Sequence record: OQ411014.1
Direction: 5' to 3' (one strand)
Length of the DNA stretch: 64,000 nt
Part shown: piece after piece, positions 56,864 through 64,000 of the stretch
Numbering within the stretch: position 1 is the first letter of the stretch
How the letters are laid out: each line of letters begins with the position of its first letter
Program-made: the position numbers and the translations under genes
Notes under the pieces: model-generated
Databases searched by the model: none
What the model was told of the DNA's origin: nothing
The model's input: only the letters and a program-made list of their open reading frames with translations

Positions 56864-58039
56864 TGGTAAATCAAATTCCGTATATGAATATTTGTATACA
56901 CCATCTGGTCCACGACCTGAGTATCGTAATTTACCAGAAGTAGTTATATATGCTGAAGTAATATTACTAGTACTGAATATGTTAAACACTGACTTCATAT
57001 CATTCACTGTACCGTTACCGAATGGTATCAGGTTAAGTTCATTGCCGTTGACACCAGTACTCAATCTTCCTGAAGAATTTGCTCCACAACCATATGCATT
57101 TGATGGGCTAAGAGCAACGTAACCAGTATTACTAGTATAATAACTTAGTAAACCAATAAAATTCTCTGTAGTGGCTATTTCAGTAAAGACTCTAATATTG
57201 ACAGAACTATTCACTCCATTACCTAAGTTTCCAGCATTCTGGCTTCCCGCAGCATATAGATGTGTTTTACCAGTACCGTCACTGTACAATATTGTGAATG
57301 CTGATTCAGTTAGACCAATATCAAAAACACTAAGACCTGGGTCTGGTAGTGGTACTTGTGTTAGCACATTTATTCTTGTATCTGGATGACCAATACCGAG
57401 TTGACCAAATGAGTTTGAACCTGAAACCCAAACACTTAAATCATTTTTTAATATCAGTACTGATGAATTAACAAATTCAACTTTTTGAACATCTGATGTA
57501 AGTTTTGAGAAAGTAGTTAGTGCAAGATAATTACCAGTTGCTAGTTGGCCTTGGTTATTAAAACCGCTTCTATAAAGATCACCATTGTTCATTAATATAT
57601 ATAATGCATATACACCAGCATGAACAGATGTTATTTGATTAAGATTCCCTGTACCTATACCAGCTTCAATAAATGGGGTACAATCAGTATATGATGTCAC
57701 AACTTCAGTAGATGATGTATTGCCAGTTTGAAAGCTACGGCGACCAGTATATAATAATTTTCCATCCATAGTTTTAATGATAACAAAACTTGTGTTTGTA
57801 CACCAAACATCTTGAACATCATCTCTGATTAAAGTCCACTCTAGCTTTTGTTCTGTTGGCTTTCCATCCCCATAGATATAATTATCAACTGTTCCTCCAC
57901 CGATACCATACAATCTGTTATCATCATATAATACCATAAATGCCGGACGAGACGATGCATAAGGTACTAATATTTTTGTAATTTCAGGTAATGAAGGTGC
58001 TTTATTACCATAATTAAGCATTCGTACAAAAGGTAACAT
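56861..58039 (-). CDS. RCC1/BLIP-II-like beta-propeller repeat protein, probably virion-associated
   Basis: Repeated G.N..GQL(G/A).G units; MLPFVRMLNYGN N-terminus of the kind recalled from this phage group; GGAG RBS. Confidence 0.8.
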   Translation of the reverse strand: MLPFVRMLNYGNKAPSLPEITKILVPYASSRPAFMVLYDDNRLYGIGGGTVDNYIYGDGKPTEQKLEWTLIRDDVQDVWCTNTSFVIIKTMDGKLLYTGRRSFQTGNTSSTEVVTSYTDCTPFIEAGIGTGNLNQITSVHAGVYALYILMNNGDLYRSGFNNQGQLATGNYLALTTFSKLTSDVQKVEFVNSSVLILKNDLSVWVSGSNSFGQLGIGHPDTRINVLTQVPLPDPGLSVFDIGLTESAFTILYSDGTGKTHLYAAGSQNAGNLGNGVNSSVNIRVFTEIATTENFIGLLSYYTSNTGYVALSPSNAYGCGANSSGRLSTGVNGNELNLIPFGNGTVNDMKSVFNIFSTSNITSAYITTSGKLRYSGRGPDGVYKYSYTEFDLP

Positions 58040-58085
58040 AATTAAATCTCCGTCTAATAATTATAATGTATTTACCAAAAAGGAC

Positions 58086-58114
58086 TTGACAGTACTGAAC
58101 AGTACTAGTAGAAT
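58086..58114 (+). promoter_or_regulatory. sigma70 promoter TTGACA-17-TAGAAT with two AGTACT in the spacer
   Basis: Read directly. Confidence 0.8.
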
Positions 58115-58148
58115 TGTATCCAAGATAACTCACTAAGGAATATCCAAA

Positions 58149-58439
58149 ATGACAACTGTTACTTATTATCAAACACGCCGCCTTTTTGACATGACTGAAG
58201 GGCGTGGCCCAATGATCAATGATTTGGCATTCACTGAGTACCGCCATGCTGAAGCATACATCAACTCCCAACCTGGTGTTATGGGTCGTCGCTGTAACTG
58301 GACACAAGAGCGTCATGCGTCTGACTGGGACATTCAAACAGTACACGCCAGGACTGAAGCCTATGATCCACAAGAAGAAGCACGTCAGCGTGCATTAGCT
58401 AAACTAACCAAAGAAGAACGTAAACTACTAGGACTCTAA
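58149..58439 (+). CDS. early hypothetical protein
   Basis: AAGGA RBS. Confidence 0.75.
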   Translation: MTTVTYYQTRRLFDMTEGRGPMINDLAFTEYRHAEAYINSQPGVMGRRCNWTQERHASDWDIQTVHARTEAYDPQEEARQRALAKLTKEERKLLGL

Positions 58440-58440
58440 T

Positions 58441-58653
58441 ATGACAGTACAACTAAAAACTTATAAAGAAGATGATAAAACATATGTAGCTACTGGTTTT
58501 ATCAAAGACAATGGCTTCCATCGTGCACACGATCAACGTCAATACACAGCAGAACGTGCTGGCGGTGAAGTACTCAACACTGACAGCTATGATGATGCAT
58601 TAGCTTTCATTGCTGCCGGACTAGGTAAACCAGAGCGGTTATATACGTTATGA
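58441..58653 (+). CDS. hypothetical protein
   Basis: AGGA RBS. Confidence 0.65.
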   Translation: MTVQLKTYKEDDKTYVATGFIKDNGFHRAHDQRQYTAERAGGEVLNTDSYDDALAFIAAGLGKPERLYTL

Positions 58654-58916
58654 AATACATTCTAGTACTTCTAAGTATCTTCTTTCTTACGGCATGTGAA
58701 CCGGAAGAAGAACGTGAAGAACGTATTGATGCGAAGTATCTGGTGGCGAATGATTGTAAGTACACTGGCGAATCCTTTATAAACGAAGAAACCATTATGG
58801 TGGGTCCAGCCCGTTTCTCTAGGCCAGAGGTCGTTGAGAAGCGTTATTACGTGTATAAATGCAGTCAAGAGCGGAAGGTTCTCGCTACAGTTCGATTTGA
58901 AATTGAAAAAGAATAG
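58650..58916 (+). CDS. small lipoprotein
   Basis: Lipobox LTAC. Confidence 0.75.
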   Translation: MKYILVLLSIFFLTACEPEEEREERIDAKYLVANDCKYTGESFINEETIMVGPARFSRPEVVEKRYYVYKCSQERKVLATVRFEIEKE

Positions 58917-58953
58917 TTGACACACAATGGGAGTACTGTATAATACTCCCATC
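58917..58953 (+). promoter_or_regulatory. sigma70 promoter TTGACA-16-TATAAT with -10 inside a hairpin
   Basis: atgggagta/tactcccat. Confidence 0.75.
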
Positions 58954-59143
58954 TTAACGACAAAAGAGGAATTGAAATGGAACGTGTATACTTGAACGTA
59001 ATCACTGGTGCTAAACGTAAGTTCATCGGCAAAGAAGGATATTTCTGGATGAACAATAAGCAGTGGGTTCCTAATGGTACATCAGAAGAACTCATCAAAG
59101 CATTACCATATTACAAAGTACTCTAACTATAGGAATCAATCCC

Positions 59144-59791
59144 ATGCTCAAAGATATATCAATTGATGTAGATGCACTGAATGAAGAGTACAAAGATAAA
59201 GGGATTGATTTTTTTGAAACCGTAAGGGAAAACCCAATTAATGGTTCAAAACTACAAGTTACAATGGGAGTTGTTAATCCATTACATCCAGCAATACAGG
59301 CAAAGAAACTACCTATTAGTACTAAACCAATACGCCTTATGCTCGCGGCACATTGTAGTACTGGTATCTATATGGGATTCCCATTACATGAAACTATTCG
59401 CAAGTACAGCAAAAGCGAAGTTGTTTCTCGTATGGTTGAGTTTGATTTGAGTACTGGAATGTGGTATGATTCTCATGAAGTGGCACAGTCCTTCAATGAG
59501 AAGGAATTACCTTCTGGAAAGGCTCCTGCCGATATTACTCGCTTGAGTAGTTCTTATGGTTTAGCTGATAACATCAAGCAAATCATCAAGCACTACAGAA
59601 AAGTAATTAACAGGAGTGACTTCAATGTAGTGCTGCATATTACGTACAACAATGAAAAGCAACTGGCTGGATTGCGTTGGCATAAATGCGGGAAGTACTT
59701 GGGTAAGCATAAACAGAAGCACGAATACTTAGAAGAAGATAATATAAAGAGTATTCTACAATTCCACCTTTATGTACTGAAGGAGGACTAA
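59144..59791 (+). CDS. hypothetical phage protein
   Basis: AGGA RBS; YG.AD..Q, RWHK.G.Y.G and FH.Y motifs. Confidence 0.7.
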   Translation: MLKDISIDVDALNEEYKDKGIDFFETVRENPINGSKLQVTMGVVNPLHPAIQAKKLPISTKPIRLMLAAHCSTGIYMGFPLHETIRKYSKSEVVSRMVEFDLSTGMWYDSHEVAQSFNEKELPSGKAPADITRLSSSYGLADNIKQIIKHYRKVINRSDFNVVLHITYNNEKQLAGLRWHKCGKYLGKHKQKHEYLEEDNIKSILQFHLYVLKED

Positions 59792-59955
59792 ATGAATCAT
59801 GATAAGATTCAAGAAATTGAAGAGAAGCGTAATCACTTAAACGCACTCACGTATGAAATGACACAGACTGCTGATGTGGTGATGGGAGTATTATCAACAT
59901 CCGCAGTTCTTTCAGTACTGATAGCGATTTATATATTTTTCTTGTCATGAAGTGT

Positions 59956-59984
59956 TTGACAATCTTAGTATCATCTAGTATGAT
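59956..59984 (+). promoter_or_regulatory. sigma70 promoter TTGACA-17-TATGAT
   Basis: Near consensus. Confidence 0.7.
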
Positions 59985-60016
59985 GTTTGTACTATAATGA
60001 TATAAGGAAATACAAA

Positions 60017-60262
60017 ATGAAATTTATTAGTGCAATTATTCTTTCGATGACTTTATTGGTTGGATGTTCAACTGATTTCATGAAAGAAGCATACGTTGGT
60101 GAAGTGAATGGACGTACAATCGTCTTCTTCAAAGATATCCAACGTAACGGTATGCAGTACTACACTCCGCAGTTTGCATCTGTATGCCGTGATATGTTCG
60201 GGGTAAGTTCACCATGTAGGATAAAAGAAACTGCAATCAAAAACATTCGTCCATACAAATAA
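60017..60262 (+). CDS. small lipoprotein
   Basis: Lipobox LVGC; AAGGA RBS before ATG 60017. Confidence 0.75.
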   Translation: MKFISAIILSMTLLVGCSTDFMKEAYVGEVNGRTIVFFKDIQRNGMQYYTPQFASVCRDMFGVSSPCRIKETAIKNIRPYK

Positions 60263-60273
60263 GGAAACACAAT

Positions 60274-60597
60274 ATGTTTATTCTTTCTTTCCCACTGTTC
60301 GTTCTGCTTATCTGTTATATTGCAGTAGTAGCAGTAGGTTCTAAGTACAAAGATCTCCCTGAATATCTGAACATTGGTGACGGTCAAACAAATTCGCTAC
60401 GCTTTGTTCTGGGTGCAACGTTTGTATCATTAGGGTTCCAAATTCTTGGTCTGTTCTTTGCGTTTGCAATTAGTCTAGGACTGTTGTTTTCAACTATTGC
60501 TTCAGTCCTTGCGTGGTGGTGGTTGTTTGAAACATTCCAGTCTGGTAAGATCAAGATCTGGTACAAAGATGCTAAAGCATATTTCGATCAGGACTAA
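60274..60597 (+). CDS. membrane protein
   Basis: AAGGA RBS; 3 TM. Confidence 0.7.
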   Translation: MFILSFPLFVLLICYIAVVAVGSKYKDLPEYLNIGDGQTNSLRFVLGATFVSLGFQILGLFFAFAISLGLLFSTIASVLAWWWLFETFQSGKIKIWYKDAKAYFDQD

Positions 60598-60652
60598 TTG
60601 ATTCATTGTTTCATCGGGGTTAACATGTGTTAGCCCTTTTTTGTAGGTAATA

Positions 60653-61036
60653 ATGCGAGCGATGATTAGTATAGATAAGAAAGGTGCAACTCGGATTGTA
60701 TTCTTGACGAAGAGATACGCAATCAAGATACCATCTTTCTATTCGTGGAAAATGTTCTTACATGGATTGATTGCTAATCTAAATGAAAGAGCATTCAAAG
60801 AGTACTCATGTTCTCCTGGTTCTGGATTATGCCCTACTGTATATGCGTCAGGAACGGGTCTAATAAGCATTCAGAAGAGATGTTTACCAGTACAGCACAG
60901 AGGTATGTTCTGGGTGGAATTGGCTCACCTAGCGTGCAGTACTGTACTACATGAGGACTTCTTTTATTCGGATGCGAAGCCTGAGAACTTCGGGTATATA
61001 GATGGGAAGTTAGTAAAATTGGATTACGGAGATTGA
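60653..61036 (+). CDS. minimal protein-kinase-like protein
   Basis: GATRIVF, YAIKIP, N..E, DAKPENFG, KLDYG in only 127 aa. Confidence 0.7.
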   Translation: MRAMISIDKKGATRIVFLTKRYAIKIPSFYSWKMFLHGLIANLNERAFKEYSCSPGSGLCPTVYASGTGLISIQKRCLPVQHRGMFWVELAHLACSTVLHEDFFYSDAKPENFGYIDGKLVKLDYGD

Positions 61037-61037
61037 T

Positions 61038-61226
61038 ATGCTAATTTACAATAACAATGGTATTAGAGTACTTCAGCATGAATACTTACAAGTGTTTCAT
61101 GTACAGAAGTTCATGGAGGGTGATAATCCTCGGAGCTATGGTCGTACGATGGATTACTTCACTGTAAAGGAATGCTATAGTATTCAAGAAGTTCGTGAAG
61201 TTGTATCTGAATTACTTGAAGAATAA
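61038..61226 (+). CDS. small hypothetical protein
   Basis: GGAG RBS. Confidence 0.6.
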   Translation: MLIYNNNGIRVLQHEYLQVFHVQKFMEGDNPRSYGRTMDYFTVKECYSIQEVREVVSELLEE

Positions 61227-61233
61227 TATTAGA

Positions 61234-61269
61234 AAGGGGTTGACTTCGGTCGGCCCTTTTTGTTATAAT
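61234..61269 (+). promoter_or_regulatory. terminator/promoter hybrid
   Basis: ggggTTGACTtcggtcggccc ttttt gt TATAAT; 18 bp spacer. Confidence 0.8.
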
Positions 61270-61301
61270 CATTACATCGACAACCAATAGGAAATCTAAA
61301 A

Positions 61302-61964
61302 ATGCCAATTCCATTGTTTCATGAAAGTAATACATTCACTATCTACAAAAATAATGGCGAACTGAAGACTATTCACTTCACTGGTCACAAAGTAGGTTTG
61401 TATTACAAGTTGTATTCAATCCTACGTAAGAGTCACAACTTCAATATGCCTTCAGTAACTGTACGTGATATTACAGGGCGGGTATTATCCAATGGAAACT
61501 TCTTGGATATCTATTTTGAGTTGATTGATGTATTGAAAGCAGAACACAAGTACTCAATCATGACGACCAATAGTGTTGGTGAAGATCTATATCACTTCCG
61601 TGATGAACCTGAAGGTGTACTGCAACAACTGAAGCATCTGAGAGATACATATACTAAAAATGGTGATCCGCGTCGTTTTGAATATCACACAGTAGTACGA
61701 AGAGATGACTCATCGTTTATTCGTAACAAGTTGGATTATTTGATTATAGAATACCAGAAAATTGCTGATGCAGAGAACTCAGAGAAAGCTGGCGAAACCG
61801 ACTGCATTGGTGAAACTGGCGAAATGGGGTTAGGTGTGTACCTGGAGTTCGATGAAGTAGTGAACGATATGCGTGAGCAAATCAAATCAGGTACTGACAA
61901 AGAGAAGATTGAAGCTAAAGCAGTACTGTCATATATCGCTACTAAAATAGCACTGAAACAGTAA
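61302..61964 (+). CDS. family C protein
   Basis: LEFDEVVNDMREQIKSGTDKEKIEAKAVLSYIATKIALKQ. Confidence 0.75.
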   Translation: MPIPLFHESNTFTIYKNNGELKTIHFTGHKVGLYYKLYSILRKSHNFNMPSVTVRDITGRVLSNGNFLDIYFELIDVLKAEHKYSIMTTNSVGEDLYHFRDEPEGVLQQLKHLRDTYTKNGDPRRFEYHTVVRRDDSSFIRNKLDYLIIEYQKIADAENSEKAGETDCIGETGEMGLGVYLEFDEVVNDMREQIKSGTDKEKIEAKAVLSYIATKIALKQ

Positions 61965-61969
61965 AATAA

Positions 61970-62004
61970 AAGGGTTGACTTCGGTCGGCCCTTTTTGCTA
62001 TAAT
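61970..62004 (+). promoter_or_regulatory. terminator/promoter hybrid
   Basis: agggTTGACTtcggtcggccc ttttt gc TATAAT; 18 bp spacer. Confidence 0.8.
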
Positions 62005-62034
62005 CATTTCAACTTCTGATGAAAGGAAAATTAT

Positions 62035-62283
62035 ATGTTCGCACTACGCCACAAAGAAACAAAGAACTTCATGTGTATTGATACACAGTGGGATTGCTTT
62101 GGTAGTACTGAAGTATTGGAAGAACACGCTGAGAACGTCTTTGTTGTTAGTGAACGTTCATTGTTGGAAGCACTAATTGAGGACTTCAATGCTGGTACTA
62201 ATGCATTCTCTCTGAACTTTCCGGTTGTTGCAGATCCAGAAGCATTTGTTATGTACGAAATTGTAGAACTTACTGTGAAATAG
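62035..62283 (+). CDS. hypothetical protein
   Basis: AAGGA RBS. Confidence 0.7.
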   Translation: MFALRHKETKNFMCIDTQWDCFGSTEVLEEHAENVFVVSERSLLEALIEDFNAGTNAFSLNFPVVADPEAFVMYEIVELTVK

Positions 62284-62300
62284 TATCATTGGAGATAACC

Positions 62301-62597
62301 ATGAAAGCACTGACCGCCGTAGAAATCAAAGAGCAATACAAAGATTTATTCGAGTTTAAACACAACGGTGAAGAATTCAAACGTAGTAGTACTGTACGTG
62401 ACTTCTTGAACAAACTCTTCTGTACTAAGTTCAAAGCTGCGTACATTACTATGCCTGAGCGTACTTCAAGTGCAGAAGATATCAAGAAGTTCGGTTTAGG
62501 TTGGGATGCACAATCAATCATCCTGGTGAATGCAGATGAAGAGCTAGTGTACTTGACTAACTCCGAGTGGGCTTCTTTCATGTATCTTCGTAAATAA
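62301..62597 (+). CDS. hypothetical protein
   Basis: GGAG RBS before ATG 62301. Confidence 0.7.
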   Translation: MKALTAVEIKEQYKDLFEFKHNGEEFKRSSTVRDFLNKLFCTKFKAAYITMPERTSSAEDIKKFGLGWDAQSIILVNADEELVYLTNSEWASFMYLRK

Positions 62598-62606
62598 GGA
62601 ACTATA

Positions 62607-62789
62607 ATGAAACTGAAACGTTATGACCGCAATCGTATTATGGATGCTTTGTATCGTGAAGAAATTTCACTCAATAAGGTGAAAGTGTACTTTATGTTAG
62701 AAGGACGGCTTCCAGCACGTAAAGCTAAACAGTTAGCTATTGAACTGTTGAACGAAGGTATTGAGTACTGGCATTATGACGGATATTGA
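62607..62789 (+). CDS. small hypothetical protein
   Basis: AAGGA RBS. Confidence 0.65.
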   Translation: MKLKRYDRNRIMDALYREEISLNKVKVYFMLEGRLPARKAKQLAIELLNEGIEYWHYDGY

Positions 62790-62800
62790 TTTGTGAAATA

Positions 62801-62834
62801 AAAGGTTGACTTCGGTCAGCCTTTTTCGTATTAT
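62801..62834 (+). promoter_or_regulatory. terminator/promoter hybrid
   Basis: aaaggTTGACTtcggtcagcc ttttt cg TATTAT; 17 bp spacer. Confidence 0.8.
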
Positions 62835-62865
62835 GTACTCATCGAAACGAAGGAGATATAAAAAA

Positions 62866-63102
62866 ATGAAACTATCTTTTATACGATTGGGTCAATTCTT
62901 CGGTACTAATGTTATAACTTTACAACAAATTGCAGATAATACATCTCTAACGATTCAAGAAGTACTTGACTTGGATGACATAAATTACGATACTACATGT
63001 ATCGAGTACAAAGAAGGTCTTATCGAAAAGGATAAGATTCAGGCTAAAATTAATGGTGCTGGAAAAGTTCAGTACTGGAAGGGAGTGTTAAGTAATGTGT
63101 AA
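62866..63102 (+). CDS. hypothetical protein
   Basis: AAGGAG RBS before ATG 62866. Confidence 0.7.
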   Translation: MKLSFIRLGQFFGTNVITLQQIADNTSLTIQEVLDLDDINYDTTCIEYKEGLIEKDKIQAKINGAGKVQYWKGVLSNV

Positions 63103-64000
63103 CTTTGATGTTTTAGATTGTTTTTCTGTAGATGAAATTATTTATGAACCCAAATCACATAATTCAGTATCCCCAGGGCAATATGAAAAGAAAATAACAG
63201 AGTTATTTTCATTAAATGATCATAATGTTGTTTTTATCGGATTCAATATGAAAACCGCCAATGAATGGCAAGCGGGTGATACTAAAGTACATTTTAAACT
63301 CGTCAACAAATATTACGAGGATATTTTTTCTGATGTGACAATAGAAAAGATTATCAAAAAATTTAAGAAAAAAACCTACAAACCTAAACATAAAAAATTA
63401 ACAATGGAAATTATTGAATATCAGGCCAAGGCTGTATCTTACTTAAAAGGCCATCGGATTATATCATTTGGTCCATTTGATGGTGCACTCACTAAAATTG
63501 AGATGGAATGTCTAATGGATTCACATACGTGGTCTACCAGTTACAATTCATATGTGACAAATGACAAAGGTTGTGTTAAATGTGGAATTGTAGTGACCTC
63601 TGAGTTTCACCGGACAAATCACGATGATGTGAACTTGTTCTTAAAAGAAAATGGAGATATTAACAATTATGATTTATATGAAGAATTCATATATTCTAAT
63701 AATTTAACAATAATAAAAAGAATTTGCAAAATATGTAATCATGGTAAATGTGGAGAATGGAAAACGTCTTATGAATGCATTAAGAATCGTGATCATCAGT
63801 GTCCAGTATGTAAGACAACTGAAGCTCGGTGCATCAAACGTGATCTAGATCCGATTTTTAGTGGGTTCGGTGTGGTAGAATGTGAAAAAAAATATGATGA
63901 TTGTAGGATGATTAATCATTTACGCTACGACCGCTTCATCCCGAAACTCAACATGTTATTTGAATATGATGGAGAGCAACATTTCAATAAGAGGAACATT
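63095..64000 (+). CDS. 3'-truncated homing endonuclease-like protein (Zn ribbons plus Vsr/DUF559/EDxHD-type nuclease); absent from the ORF track
   Basis: Translated by hand: open for 302 codons; C...H...GCVKC, CKICNH...CPVC, then EKKYDDCR...LRYDRFIPKLNMLFEYDGEQHF. Confidence 0.8.
   Translation, partial: MCNFDVLDCFSVDEIIYEPKSHNSVSPGQYEKKITELFSLNDHNVVFIGFNMKTANEWQAGDTKVHFKLVNKYYEDIFSDVTIEKIIKKFKKKTYKPKHKKLTMEIIEYQAKAVSYLKGHRIISFGPFDGALTKIEMECLMDSHTWSTSYNSYVTNDKGCVKCGIVVTSEFHRTNHDDVNLFLKENGDINNYDLYEEFIYSNNLTIIKRICKICNHGKCGEWKTSYECIKNRDHQCPVCKTTEARCIKRDLDPIFSGFGVVECEKKYDDCRMINHLRYDRFIPKLNMLFEYDGEQHFNKRNI

Overview
A 64 kb, AT-rich (about 35% GC by eye) segment of a large lytic dsDNA phage. By gene content it is most likely a GAP32/RaK2-type jumbo myophage of Enterobacterales (inference). 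It is mainly an early/accessory region: about 135 short, tightly packed + strand ORFs behind sigma70-type promoters, and two minus-strand virion-type genes (Ig-like and RCC1-like). Six tRNAs are present (Thr-TGT, Ser-TGA, Arg-TCT, Ser-ACT, Ser-GCT, Ile2-CAT) plus one tRNA-like element lacking its anticodon arm. Recognisable proteins: NADAR-like protein, ADP-ribosylglycohydrolase, Pth2, C5 DNA methyltransferase, PD-(D/E)XK nuclease-like protein, Ntn-hydrolase-like protein, sigma70-family factor, T7 gp0.7-like kinase, a minimal kinase-like protein and a truncated Vsr/EDxHD-type homing endonuclease. Structure these calls do not explain: (1) two diverged copies, 43 kb apart, of an approximately 520-550 nt multi-stem non-coding RNA with covarying helices; (2) about 10-fold over-representation of the palindrome (C)AGTACT(G); (3) 23 small proteins with dissimilar N-termini sharing a C-terminal E-E-x-[FY]-F-Q motif; (4) a second promoter class, DTGARM-18bp-TATAAT with TGTGA, that mainly drives RNA genes, alongside a sigma factor lacking the W-dyad; (5) repeated terminator/promoter hybrid cassettes; (6) a tRNA-Ser with an ACT anticodon and several pseudoknotted small RNA candidates. 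All family calls come from motif recognition by eye; no database searches were run.
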